DNA of 64,000 bases, taken from an uncultured bacterium. Its GTDB lineage: Bacteria; Verrucomicrobiota; Verrucomicrobiia; Verrucomicrobiales; DEV007. A program made the translations under genes and the position numbers. Shown here piece by piece: positions 36,328-46,615 of this stretch. The stretch is taken from assembly GCA_963977015.1 (NCBI GenBank), contig CAXBMO010000004.1, positions 192,001-256,000 on the forward strand, written 5' to 3'. The stretch's first letter is position 1, and each line of letters opens with the position of its first letter. The notes under the pieces are model-generated. The model ran no database searches. It was not told where the DNA came from and saw only the letters and a program-made list of their open reading frames with translations.

Positions 36328-37847
36328 AGCGTCTCGCAACGCTGGCAACGCGACTGCACACGCGAACGATCATCGTTTCGCTGATTCTCGTCGGGATCGC
36401 CATTTTTGCCTTCTGGCTGCAAAACCGCGATCCGTTTTACGCCTCGCCCAAGGCGATCCGCGACGATATGGCGTCGATTTTTTTGACGACCTGGCAGGCG
36501 TATCTGCACGAAAAACCTGACGATGTCCAACTCCCGAACGTTGCGGAGATGCCCGCCGCGATGGTTCTGGACTATCCCAAATCGAAGGTGGTGAATCTGC
36601 AAACCAACCCGCTGGTCGATCCCCGGACACCGCCGCCGATTACGGCGGTAATGGCAGACGAAAACGGACTGGCGAGCTTGCCGGGCGGGAGCAAACTCCG
36701 CCTCGAGGCCATCGCGATCAGCATTCCGCGTTCGGACGATCCTCTCACGCCGGAGAACGACTCTGAGGAAGCGCTCGCGTTTCGCACCCCGGCAGGCAAG
36801 CTGCTTTCAGCTCAGGAGCTGGACGCGCTTCACGTTCCTGTGGGAGGCCGGTCCGTTTCGCGAGCCATGCGCTGGTTTCCGATGATTCGCCTCGTCTTTC
36901 GGAGTGAGAATTTGGAATTTCACCGCGTCACCCAGTGGCGCGCATTCGACGAACGAACCCAGGCCAACGTCACCCAGGCTCTCGGGGTGGTTCCGGCCGA
37001 AGATCCGGCCTTGTTGATTCTCGATACCGACCTCAGCATTTGGCACGACACTCCGGTTCTGATCTCGCTGCAATTCCCCTGCGGCCAGCCCCGGATCATT
37101 CCTCTCGATCTCCGGCAAAGCTCCGACGTCGCGCTCGCTCCTCATGCCCGGTTTCAACTGGTCGATGCCGTCGACGGCAAGGTTTTTGGCGCGTTGCCGA
37201 AAGGTCGTGCGTTTCACCTTCCCATCGAACAACAGGGAACCGTCACCACCTTTGTCCATCGCACGTTTCCGCAGACTTGGGCCGAACAAACGATGTTGCG
37301 CGTGCGACGAAAACCCGGTGTCATCGATGATACTGAGCAATGGCTCCCCGCAGACGTGGCCTCGGATCTCGGGTTGGTCTCCGTCGAGTGGCCGCGGGAC
37401 GAAATCGAAGACCTGAGCGTCGTCTTTCTCCCTCACATGGCACGAGCGCTCTTCCGACTCCCTTCGCTTCCCGAAATGCCGAATTCGCGAGAACTGGGCA
37501 ACCTCTTCGACGCAAAGATCCCGCGCCTCTATCTACCTGGCGACGCCAACGATCGTCGCAGCCAGGACCTGGCCTGGATCATCCTCAATATCGTTGCCGG
37601 TGCGACCGAAACGGAAATGGATCACCTTACCGGAACTCCCGTCATGGATGTTCCGGACGACTACTGGCCCAAGCTCTTTCTCGACACCTCTCCACGCCAA
37701 TTATTGGCCGAATATCAACGTTATGCGCGGGATCCCTATGTCCATGTCAGTCGCCACGATCAGCAACTGCGTTTTCATCGGCCCGAACCGTGGATGCTCA
37801 AGGTGGAGCAATGGTGGTATGCCAATGGGCCGGATTGGTTGAACTGA
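36324..37847 (+). CDS. Hypothetical membrane-anchored protein
   Basis: GTG overlapping the jag stop; N-terminal TM; 507 aa; no recognised family. Confidence 0.7.
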   Translation: MKRLATLATRLHTRTIIVSLILVGIAIFAFWLQNRDPFYASPKAIRDDMASIFLTTWQAYLHEKPDDVQLPNVAEMPAAMVLDYPKSKVVNLQTNPLVDPRTPPPITAVMADENGLASLPGGSKLRLEAIAISIPRSDDPLTPENDSEEALAFRTPAGKLLSAQELDALHVPVGGRSVSRAMRWFPMIRLVFRSENLEFHRVTQWRAFDERTQANVTQALGVVPAEDPALLILDTDLSIWHDTPVLISLQFPCGQPRIIPLDLRQSSDVALAPHARFQLVDAVDGKVFGALPKGRAFHLPIEQQGTVTTFVHRTFPQTWAEQTMLRVRRKPGVIDDTEQWLPADVASDLGLVSVEWPRDEIEDLSVVFLPHMARALFRLPSLPEMPNSRELGNLFDAKIPRLYLPGDANDRRSQDLAWIILNIVAGATETEMDHLTGTPVMDVPDDYWPKLFLDTSPRQLLAEYQRYARDPYVHVSRHDQQLRFHRPEPWMLKVEQWWYANGPDWLN

Positions 37848-38001
37848 GAGGCCAGATTCCAAGTTCAGGGCCCGCCGAGGACCGACAATTCTGTCACTCT
37901 CCTCCCCCGTTTTCCCTCGAATGAAGTGAATCCCCTAAATTTGACCTTTACACACTGACTTAAATCTAGAGGATCAGCAACGGACTAACCGGGCCTAAAA
38001 C

Positions 38002-39894
38002 ATGGAACTCTACTACCCCAAAGCACAACAGAATCGCTTCGGCAAAATGAAGACGATCGGTAACTACCGAAACGGTCACCCTGAGGGTGCGATCGTCCAC
38101 TTCACGGCAGGCGCCCTCAATGGCGACAACGCCGTCAAGTATGGCGTCAATCAAAACAGCTACTGCTACTACGTGATCGGACCCGATGGGACCGTGTATC
38201 AGAACTTTCCGCTCAATCGCTGGGGATACCATGCCGGAAAAAGTTCCTATCCCGGACTTGGGAGCGGCGTCAGCACCAAGCTCGTCGGCATCGAGGTCGT
38301 GTGCGCGGGACGCGTGACCAAACAGAGCGACGGGACTTACAAACCGTGGTTTAACCTCAAACTGAGTGAGGATCAGGTTCGCAAGGTGAGTTCCCGGCAA
38401 AACGTCAAGGGGGGCACCTATCACAAATACACCGACGCCCAGGAAACCGCGTTGGTGGAATTGCTCCAATGGCTGAAGAGCAACGCTCCTGACATTTTCT
38501 CCTTCGAAAACGTTTTGGGTCACGACGAAGTGGCTCCCTCCCGCAAAGATGATCCGGGTGGGTCTCTTTCGATCTCGATGCCGGAGTTTCGGCGCTACCT
38601 GAAAAAATCCGCCGGTGAAGTCGTGGAATCCGACCAGCCCGAAGAGGCACTTCCCCGGTTGCGCTATGCACCACGGGATTATCTGCCCGACATCGAAAAA
38701 TTCCAGAAAGCTGCCAGTCAATACCCTGGCATTGATCTGAAGCCGGATGGCTATGGCGGAAAAAACACCTCGGATGCACTCTACATCATCACCGGGTACT
38801 ACCTGCGGGGTGACGCACGAGCGAAGAACGAACCCAACACCACTCCTCCCGCGGAGGAAAAGCCGGCAAGGCCGGCTTCAGGTCCCGTGCGCCTGCGGAT
38901 TGGCCGACAAATCGTCGATTGGGAAGCTCGCCGCGACAGCAATGGCAACATCAAGATCTACACGCTTCCTTCGAACGACGGAGGTGGAAAATACGAAGTC
39001 GCCGGAATCAACGACCGCTACCACAAGGAGACCGTTGACAAGTTGGTTTCGCTGATCAACGCCGGGCAATACAGGAAAGCGGAAGAAGCTGCCGCACTTC
39101 ACATTGCCACCTACACCGACAAAGTGACCGACTGGGTCAAAAATCCCGGTGTCGAAGCCTTCCTCCGCGACAGCGCCTTCAACCGTGGGCCGACCGGCTC
39201 AGCCCGCATTCTTCAGATTGCTCTCGGCGTAACCGCTGACGGCAAAGTCGGTCCCAAAACCAAGGCGGCCATTGCAATCCTTGAAAAGGATCCCGTCGCC
39301 CTGCTCCAAAAGCTGCGTGACGCCCGCGAAAGTTACGAGCGGCGCTACATGGGATACCGCGCCAACTTCTGGAAAGGGCTCGTCAATCGCTGGAACAAGG
39401 CCCACGCCTTTGGTCTGAGCCTGATTCGCGGCGCCAAAGACGAAACCAAGCTGGCGGAACTGAAGCTGACCGAGGAGGCCGATTTGATCACGAAAGACGA
39501 GGAAACCATCATCGCGGATCCGCAGGAACCACCCTTGTTCCCACCGCTTTGTTACGCTCCGGCAACGTTCACCGCCGTTGCTCAAAAATCTCAGATGTTC
39601 GGCATCAGTCTGGGCTATGAGTTGGAGGACGACGGAATGTCCGGAGAGAGCACGTCTGATTTCTTCAAAGATCTGACCGGCTACTACCTGGCCTACGATC
39701 CCCGCATCAATGGCGGCACCATCGAGCAGGCCGAACCGGATGCGGAAGCGGCCCTTCCCTCGACCGAAAGCGAAGACGCTCCCGCGATGCCTCCCAAGGA
39801 GGAAATCAAGGTGCCGGAAGCTGCAACCGTTCACCCTGATGAGGTCGCCGCTGCTCCGGAAGCATCGGCATCGACCTCCAGCGCGGTCGCCTGA
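38002..39894 (+). CDS. Peptidoglycan hydrolase: Amidase_2 + GH108-like lysozyme + repeated PG-binding-like domains
   Basis: Amidase motifs IVHFTAG, YHAG, GIEV and GHDEV...KDDPG. Lysozyme-like WEARRD...DGGG.YEVAGIN, D.AFNRG, ADGKVGPKT and KGLVNRW. Confidence 0.82.
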   Translation: MELYYPKAQQNRFGKMKTIGNYRNGHPEGAIVHFTAGALNGDNAVKYGVNQNSYCYYVIGPDGTVYQNFPLNRWGYHAGKSSYPGLGSGVSTKLVGIEVVCAGRVTKQSDGTYKPWFNLKLSEDQVRKVSSRQNVKGGTYHKYTDAQETALVELLQWLKSNAPDIFSFENVLGHDEVAPSRKDDPGGSLSISMPEFRRYLKKSAGEVVESDQPEEALPRLRYAPRDYLPDIEKFQKAASQYPGIDLKPDGYGGKNTSDALYIITGYYLRGDARAKNEPNTTPPAEEKPARPASGPVRLRIGRQIVDWEARRDSNGNIKIYTLPSNDGGGKYEVAGINDRYHKETVDKLVSLINAGQYRKAEEAAALHIATYTDKVTDWVKNPGVEAFLRDSAFNRGPTGSARILQIALGVTADGKVGPKTKAAIAILEKDPVALLQKLRDARESYERRYMGYRANFWKGLVNRWNKAHAFGLSLIRGAKDETKLAELKLTEEADLITKDEETIIADPQEPPLFPPLCYAPATFTAVAQKSQMFGISLGYELEDDGMSGESTSDFFKDLTGYYLAYDPRINGGTIEQAEPDAEAALPSTESEDAPAMPPKEEIKVPEAATVHPDEVAAAPEASASTSSAVA

Positions 39895-39925
39895 CCGTTT
39901 CGACAAATCATTTCTGTCATTTGAG

Positions 39926-39954
39926 AAAAGCCCCGGAATTTTCCGGGGCTTTTT
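39926..39954. terminator. Rho-independent terminator (bidirectional shape)
   Basis: aaaagccccggaa-tt-ttccggggcttttt just after the hydrolase stop. Confidence 0.85.
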
Positions 39955-40028
39955 GGTGCAAGGAACCGTTCCCTGCCCGCCAACTCTTGAAAAGTCGGCG
40001 AGGTTGCTTTCGTGGATAGGGCAAACCC

Positions 40029-42854
40029 ATGCGAAACCTTCTCCTCATATTCACATCGGTCTCTCTCTTAACTCCCCAAGTCCGTGCGAACGAAGGGATG
40101 CAGTTCTTCGAATCGAAGATTCGCCCTCTGCTGATCAACAGTTGCTACGAATGTCACAGCGAGGAAGCGGGAAAGCGAAAAGGCGGGCTTTGGCTCGATC
40201 GAAAGGCGGGCTGGGAAATTGGTGGTGATTCGGGCCCGGCCCTGGTCCCCGGCGATACCGAAGGCAGTCTGATGGTCGAAATGATTCGCTACGCGGATCC
40301 CGATCTGGCGATGCCGCCGAAAACGAAGCTCTCCGATCAGGAAATCGCGCATTTGGAACAATGGATCGCGATGGGCGCTCCCGACCCACGCGATGAAGGC
40401 GGAATCGTCGCAGAAAGCACCATTGATCTTGAAGCCGGCCGAAAGTTCTGGTCGTTTCAGCCCATTTCGAATCCAGCGCGCCCCCAGTTGACGGACAAAT
40501 CCTGGCCCAAAGCGGCCCTCGACCATTTCGTCGCCAATAAACGCGAGGCGGCCAACCTCCAGCCAGCCCCGGACGCCTCTCGAGACGCGTTGCTGCGCAG
40601 AGTGACGATCGCGCTCACCGGCTTGCCTCCGACGGTTGAGGAACAGGCCGAGTTTCGCTCGGGAAACGTCCAGTTCGAAGAGGTTGTCGATCGCCTGTTG
40701 GCTTCTCACGCATTTGCGGAGCGCTGGGGGCGGCATTGGCTCGATATTGCAAGGTATGCCGATACCAGTGGCGGAGGACGCGCCATGCCGATGCCCGATG
40801 CCTGGCGATATCGCGACTATGTGATTGAGTCCTTTCATCAGGACAAGCCGATCAATCAGTTGATCCGCGAACACATCGCGGGTGACCTCTTGCCCGCCGA
40901 AACCCGCGAGCAACAACTGTCCCAGCTGACCGCGACCGGTTTCCTCGTGTTGGGACCTCACAACTACGAAAACCAGGACAAGGACTTGCTGAATCTGGAG
41001 ATTGCCGATGAACAGGTGGATACGATTGGCCGGGCGTTTCTGGGGATGACAATCGGTTGCGCCCGCTGTCACGATCACAAGTTCGATCCCATCCCCACCA
41101 AGGATTACTACGCCATGGCGGGCATCTTCCTCAGCAGCAAAACGGTGGAGCATGCCAACGTCTCCAAATGGCATACGGAGAACTTTCCCCCAACCCCAGA
41201 GCAATCCGTCGCCCTTGCCGCTTACAACGCCAAGGAAAAGGCGGTGCAGGAGGAGATCGCCGCCGTGAAGAAGCAATTGCGGGCTCTGGGCCAGATGAAT
41301 GTGAGCCTGAAAGGGAACCAGGTTTCCCAGGGCGAGCTTGGCGGAATCGTGGTGGATGACGTGGACGCGGAATTGGTCGGCGAATGGAAAAAGTCGACCA
41401 GCCAGCATCGTTGGGTGGATGCCGGATACGCCCACGATCTCAACAAGGAAAAAGGAGCCAAGTCGGCAACGTTCCGGCCCAACGTGGACAAGGCCGGACG
41501 CTACCACGTCCGGCTCGGCTTCTCCCAAGGCTCCAATCGTGCAAGCAATACGCCGGTGAAGATTCGCCACGCCGACGGAGAGATTGAGCTGAAAGTCGAT
41601 CAACGAATGCGACCTCCGATCGACAATTTGTTTTTGGAACTGGGAACCTTTCGCTTCGAAGCCGGAACGAAAGGGTTCATCCAGATTTCAAATCGCGGAA
41701 CTCAGGGCGTTGTCATTATCGATGCGGTGCAGCTCCTGCCGGAGGGGAGCCAATCCGGCAAACGCGAGAACGTCGCCAAAGCGGCGGATGCTCCAAAACC
41801 CGATCTGGAACGAATCGCGGCGCTGGAATCGGAGGAAAAACAGCTCAACGCCAAGCTCAAGAATCTCCAAAAGTCGAAACCCAAGTTGGGAACCGTGATG
41901 AGCGTGGCTGAAGCTGAGAAACCGGCTGACACGCCGATTCGGATTCGCGGTGTGGCACGGAATTTCGGCCCGGTTGCCCCCCGCGGATTCCTTCAAGTTG
42001 CGATGCAGCCCGACCAGAAACCGCGCATTGAATCGGGTAGCGGGCGACTGGAACTCGCGAATTGGGTCGCCAGTTCCGACAATCCGCTCACGGCGCGAGT
42101 CATGGCGAATCGCATCTGGCTCAAGCTCTTCGGAACCGGAATCGTCACCAGTCCGGACAACTTTGGAACGACCGGAAACCTGCCAACGCATCCAGAATTG
42201 CTCGACCATTTGGCGACCCGTTTGATCAAACATCAGTGGTCAACGAAAGCGCTGGTGCGCGAAATCGTGCTGAGCCGAACCTGGCAAATGGCCACGACAT
42301 CGAAAAACTCCGAGGATCCCGGAAACAGGCTCTATCACCACTTTCCGTTGCAACGCATTGATGCCGAGACACTTCGGGATTCGATTCTCGCAATTTCAGG
42401 CAATCTGGACGCGACGGCGGGCGGCCCATCGCTCCCCGCCGGGTTCCGAAGCGAGTTCGGCTACCAATTCAAAAGCCTTAAGCGCAGCGTCTACATTCCC
42501 TCGTTTCGCAATACGCTTCACGAAATCTTCGGGAAGTTCGACTTCGCGAACCCCAATTTCGTCGTCGGGCAGCGCAGTCAGAGCACGATTCCAACCCAGG
42601 CGCTCTACCTCACCAACAGTCCGTTTGTCCACGAACAGAGCCAGTTGGCGGCCAAGCAATTGCTGGAAAAAGAGCCAGAAAATCCAGATGCACGCCTGAC
42701 ATTGGCCTATCAGCTCGTTCTGGGCCGTGAACCGACTCCGCAAGAGGCCGAATTGAGCCGGCAGTTTTTTGCCAGTCACGAAGACTCGTTGGAGGCATGG
42801 TCCGGTTTGGTTCGCGGACTCTTCTCCTGCATCGACTTCCTTTACATTCGCTGA
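40029..42854 (+). CDS. Planctomycete cytochrome c + DUF1549/DUF1553 protein with inserted carbohydrate-binding-like (golvesin/xanthan-lyase type) domain
   Basis: CYECH, CARCHDHKFDP, ERWGRHWLD and THPELLDHLA motifs. Insert VDD..AELVGEW...NRASN...DAVQL. Confidence 0.9.
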   Translation: MRNLLLIFTSVSLLTPQVRANEGMQFFESKIRPLLINSCYECHSEEAGKRKGGLWLDRKAGWEIGGDSGPALVPGDTEGSLMVEMIRYADPDLAMPPKTKLSDQEIAHLEQWIAMGAPDPRDEGGIVAESTIDLEAGRKFWSFQPISNPARPQLTDKSWPKAALDHFVANKREAANLQPAPDASRDALLRRVTIALTGLPPTVEEQAEFRSGNVQFEEVVDRLLASHAFAERWGRHWLDIARYADTSGGGRAMPMPDAWRYRDYVIESFHQDKPINQLIREHIAGDLLPAETREQQLSQLTATGFLVLGPHNYENQDKDLLNLEIADEQVDTIGRAFLGMTIGCARCHDHKFDPIPTKDYYAMAGIFLSSKTVEHANVSKWHTENFPPTPEQSVALAAYNAKEKAVQEEIAAVKKQLRALGQMNVSLKGNQVSQGELGGIVVDDVDAELVGEWKKSTSQHRWVDAGYAHDLNKEKGAKSATFRPNVDKAGRYHVRLGFSQGSNRASNTPVKIRHADGEIELKVDQRMRPPIDNLFLELGTFRFEAGTKGFIQISNRGTQGVVIIDAVQLLPEGSQSGKRENVAKAADAPKPDLERIAALESEEKQLNAKLKNLQKSKPKLGTVMSVAEAEKPADTPIRIRGVARNFGPVAPRGFLQVAMQPDQKPRIESGSGRLELANWVASSDNPLTARVMANRIWLKLFGTGIVTSPDNFGTTGNLPTHPELLDHLATRLIKHQWSTKALVREIVLSRTWQMATTSKNSEDPGNRLYHHFPLQRIDAETLRDSILAISGNLDATAGGPSLPAGFRSEFGYQFKSLKRSVYIPSFRNTLHEIFGKFDFANPNFVVGQRSQSTIPTQALYLTNSPFVHEQSQLAAKQLLEKEPENPDARLTLAYQLVLGREPTPQEAELSRQFFASHEDSLEAWSGLVRGLFSCIDFLYIR

Positions 42855-42932
42855 TGAGCCCATTTTGGAGAACCCTGGGGCCTGTTTTTTGCTCTGGCAT
42901 TGTTCCCAAAACCACGTTTTAGTAGCGGCATT

Positions 42933-43412
42933 GTGGAATTTGAAGAGAATCCTCTCAACCCAGCAAATGTGAGGGAACCCGGCGCGCCGGTCACCCAGCT
43001 TTCCGTATTTCTTGAGAACCGCGTGGGAGCCCTGCTCTCCGTCCTGCGGCTTATCAACGAAACCAAGGTCGAAGTCCTCGGTTTGAGCGTAATCGATTCC
43101 GTCGATGTCACCATCGTTCGGATGATCCTGACCGACCCCGATCCCGTTTGCACGTTGTTCATCGAGAAAGGCATCGCATTTACGGAAACTCACATGGTAG
43201 TGGTTCAACTGGATGAAGGCGCTCATGGATTGACGGACTGCCTTGCCGCCCTGCTGGGAGGCGAAACGAACATCCATTTCAGCTATCCGCTGCTAACTCG
43301 ACCTGGCGGCAAGGCTGCTCTCGCCATGTGCCTGGAAGACACCGACTTCGGAGCTACCGTTCTTCGTCAATCGGGCTTCAAAGTGCTCTTTCAAGATGAT
43401 TTGAGTCGGTGA
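42933..43412 (+). CDS. Tandem ACT domain protein
   Basis: QLSVFLENRVGAL and NIHFSY motifs. The GTG 42933 start is tentative. Confidence 0.82.
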   Translation: MEFEENPLNPANVREPGAPVTQLSVFLENRVGALLSVLRLINETKVEVLGLSVIDSVDVTIVRMILTDPDPVCTLFIEKGIAFTETHMVVVQLDEGAHGLTDCLAALLGGETNIHFSYPLLTRPGGKAALAMCLEDTDFGATVLRQSGFKVLFQDDLSR

Positions 43413-43455
43413 AGTGGCCCGATTTGCGTTGACCCTGGCCGCGACTTCCCACTAA

Positions 43456-45006
43456 GTGGGTGGTATCTCCCCGCCCCTCCAACGCCAACCTCACTTGAAG
43501 GTAGCGTCTGCCCTTTTTGTTGCAATTTGGTGCAGTGCTTCGGCTCTCGTGTTGGGAGCAGAGAAAGGGACAGAGATCGCGACGCGCTTACTTTTGGCTG
43601 AGTTTCAGAATGAGTTGCTGGCTTCCAAAGCCCAAAACACGCGTCCCGCCTCAACAGAGACCATTCGCGCTCGCCCTCTCAATCTGGATGCGAAGCAGAA
43701 TCGGCCCACAACGCCTGATCTGCAGCAGCTCCAGGATTTATTGACCCAATTTGGGCGTCATGCAGATCTCCTCGTGCGGGATCTGCGAAATCAACTCAAG
43801 GACCAGCCCGAGCTACGAACCCTGATGGCCGATGCCATCGCCAATCAAGTGCGCGGCTCGGTGCTTTCCAGTTGGTGCGCCTCCTCCCCGAATCTCGACG
43901 CCATTCGGCCCAATTGCCGCTCGCTTGACTATGAATGGAGAGCAATCGCGCAGCGACTTCAGGAAGTGAACGCTCCGGAAAGCGTGCAGGGTTCGGCCCG
44001 CGCCATCGATCGCGAATTGGCAAAGGTCCGCGCGTTGTTGGACGTTGAAATTTCGATCGACCGAGAGCGCTTGTCCGATCAATTGCGAACCACGACCGAA
44101 GAACTTCAGGATCTGCGCGAGCGCATTCGCCAGATCCTCGCCCACGAGGTTTCCGTTTCGGATTGGGAGCAACAAATCGCCTGGCTGGCGGCATCAACCC
44201 ATGTCGCTTCAGAGTTCTCTGAGACATGGGAACCGCCTCGGCTTCAGGAAGCCGTGGTCGCCTTGTGGAAGGAATTCACGGAGCTGCGCCTGGAATGGCG
44301 GGACAAATCAACGTTTCAACTTGATGCCGCGATTGAGAACGTTCGTTCCAGCTTTCGCGAAGCCCTGCGCCTGGTCGACCGTGATCCCTGGGTTGAGTCT
44401 GATGAGCTTCCCGCCGCCATCGCCCGGTTCCAGAACAGCTTGACTCCGGTCCGGGGAAACCTCGCCACCGGAAAATTGGTCACGATTCCTCAAAAGAGTC
44501 GCGATGAACTTTTGACGGAAATCGATCAGCTCAGCGAGGAATGCCGGAGCCTCCTGAATGACTTTGCGACTGAGAAATCGGGGAAACCATCCGAGATTCG
44601 AAGCAGGGTCAACCAACTCAGTCTCAGTTGGCGGCTCGTCGCCTCGAAACTCAAGCCGCTTCGAGCGCGAATCTATGTCGACTCCCAATCGCGCCTGGAG
44701 TTTTACGAAGGTCAAATCCGGGCACTGGCCGGCTTGCACAATATTTCGGAATCCACATTTTTGACCGAAGTCGCCACCGAAATCCGGGCGCACGCAAGCG
44801 CCCTGGAGTTGAACGATCTCGCGAAAGCTTCTCAGGAATTGGCGGAACTGGCTTCCGAATCCGAAAGTTCCGATTCCTCAACAATCCGCGCGCAAGTCGA
44901 ACGAGCAATCCGGAGCAGCCAACCAATTCTCGACGCCCCCGGAAACGCCATCAGTTCCTCCTTGCGACGGAAAATCGCGATCCTGAGTGCAGGATGGTAT
45001 CCCTAG
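43456..45006 (+). CDS. Hypothetical all-helical, probably secreted protein
   Basis: 516-aa ORF with a hydrophobic N-terminal segment and amphipathic helices. Start uncertain. Confidence 0.65.
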   Translation: MGGISPPLQRQPHLKVASALFVAIWCSASALVLGAEKGTEIATRLLLAEFQNELLASKAQNTRPASTETIRARPLNLDAKQNRPTTPDLQQLQDLLTQFGRHADLLVRDLRNQLKDQPELRTLMADAIANQVRGSVLSSWCASSPNLDAIRPNCRSLDYEWRAIAQRLQEVNAPESVQGSARAIDRELAKVRALLDVEISIDRERLSDQLRTTTEELQDLRERIRQILAHEVSVSDWEQQIAWLAASTHVASEFSETWEPPRLQEAVVALWKEFTELRLEWRDKSTFQLDAAIENVRSSFREALRLVDRDPWVESDELPAAIARFQNSLTPVRGNLATGKLVTIPQKSRDELLTEIDQLSEECRSLLNDFATEKSGKPSEIRSRVNQLSLSWRLVASKLKPLRARIYVDSQSRLEFYEGQIRALAGLHNISESTFLTEVATEIRAHASALELNDLAKASQELAELASESESSDSSTIRAQVERAIRSSQPILDAPGNAISSSLRRKIAILSAGWYP

Positions 45007-45024
45007 CGAAGCGCCTTTTTGCAC

Positions 45025-45897
45025 CTAACCGACTTCGCGGTCGTGTTTGGAAATCGGCTCGATATGCGCCGTGATGATCTCCGGTTCCACTTCCACCTCG
45101 ATGTCGATATCGCTTTCTCCCTCGACCTCGTCATCTTCGATTTCGTGAACCCATTTCTTGGAAATCATCGGGCGAATCAGTCCGTAGGTCAGGTAGCTCG
45201 TGCAGAGCACCGCGGGCATCCACTCCCAGAACATCACGGTGCAGACAATCAGGAGAATCGCCAAAAAGACCCACAGTTGGGAGCGCTTGGTCTTCACATT
45301 GATCTTTTTGAAGCTGGGATATTTGAACTCGCTCAGCATCATGAACGAAGTCAGCACCATCAGGAATGGGAGCACGAACCTCCAGCCACCGAGATCGCGC
45401 GCATCATTGTTCAGCCAGATCAACATCAGCGTCAGCGATGAAATCACCGCCGCTGCCGCCGGGATCGGGAACCCCACAAACTCTTTCGAGTTGGATTGCA
45501 TCACGTTGAACCGCGCCAACCTCATGCCACCGCAGCAGAGGTAAATGAAGGCAATGACCCAACCCAGTCTCGCGAAATCGACCAGCACGATGTCCATCAC
45601 CAGAAGTGCTGGCGCCACTCCGAACGAAACGATGTCGGCAATCGAGTCAAACTCGCGCCCAAACTCCGATTCGGAACTAAAAACCCGCGCCATCCGGCCA
45701 TCGAGGAGATCAAAAATACACGATCCAAAAATCATCGCGATCGCGTAATAAAATCGATCCATGCTATCCGGAGCGACTCCCACAATCGGGATTTGCTCCG
45801 TGATGAGCAGAATTGCGAGAAACCCGCAAAAGAGGTTCCCGGCCGTCATCAAATTCGGCAGAAAATAGATACGTGGGCTTTCCTTAAAAACCGCCAT
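45025..45897 (-). CDS. pssA: CDP-diacylglycerol--serine O-phosphatidyltransferase
   Basis: LPNLMTAGN, DLLDGRMAR...G.EFDSIADIVSFGVAP and RLARFN motifs. ATG at 45897. Confidence 0.93.
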   Translation of the reverse strand: MAVFKESPRIYFLPNLMTAGNLFCGFLAILLITEQIPIVGVAPDSMDRFYYAIAMIFGSCIFDLLDGRMARVFSSESEFGREFDSIADIVSFGVAPALLVMDIVLVDFARLGWVIAFIYLCCGGMRLARFNVMQSNSKEFVGFPIPAAAAVISSLTLMLIWLNNDARDLGGWRFVLPFLMVLTSFMMLSEFKYPSFKKINVKTKRSQLWVFLAILLIVCTVMFWEWMPAVLCTSYLTYGLIRPMISKKWVHEIEDDEVEGESDIDIEVEVEPEIITAHIEPISKHDREVG

Positions 45898-46036
45898 AGC
45901 GGGGACTATGTCGAAAAAAACAACCAACCGCAATCAGCGATCTCGGTTCTTTGCAGACCTGAAATGAATTGGAATTCGAGTTTGAACTGAAAGCCGGAAC
46001 GAGAAAGGGTCGTCCAATCGCAAATCCGTTTGCCCA

Positions 46037-46597
46037 ATGACTACCGAATTGCCTTCCATCACCGCAGAAACCACCATGGGAGAACTGCTAAAGCACTACC
46101 CCGGCGCGCAGCGTGCCCTCTTTGCCCGCTATCACATCGGCGGCTGCCAGAGTTGCGGATTTTCGCCCGAGGAAACCCTGGCTCAGGTTTGCGAGCGCAA
46201 TGAGAACGTTCCGGTCGATGAAGTGGCTGCCCACATTCAGGAGTCTCACGACTCGGATCGGCGCATCCTGATTGAACCGTCCGAATTGAACGAGCTTCTC
46301 GGCAGTGCCTGTAAACCGCGCCTGATTGACATCCGGACTCGCGAAGAATACGAAGCCGTCAATATTCCCGGCGCTCAACTTTACAGCCAGGACCTCCTCC
46401 AGGAAGTTTTTGGAAGTTGGGACAAGGAAGCAACCATCGTGTTTTACGATCACACCGGCGAACGCAGCTTGGACGCAACGGCCTACTTCATTGGGCACGG
46501 TTTCGCCAATGCAAGGGCTCTCCGCGGTGGAATTGATGCCTACAGCGCAGAAGTCGATTCCAGCCTTCCGCGGTATCGCGTTGAGATGGAGGATTAG
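46037..46597 (+). CDS. Rhodanese-like protein with N-terminal CxxC (DUF1858-like) domain
   Basis: N-terminal IGGCQSCG; rhodanese motifs IDIRT.EEY and L.GGIDAY. The active-site loop reads YDHTGERS. Confidence 0.8.
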   Translation: MTTELPSITAETTMGELLKHYPGAQRALFARYHIGGCQSCGFSPEETLAQVCERNENVPVDEVAAHIQESHDSDRRILIEPSELNELLGSACKPRLIDIRTREEYEAVNIPGAQLYSQDLLQEVFGSWDKEATIVFYDHTGERSLDATAYFIGHGFANARALRGGIDAYSAEVDSSLPRYRVEMED

Positions 46598-46615
46598 GAC
46601 GGAATTCCTTCGCTG

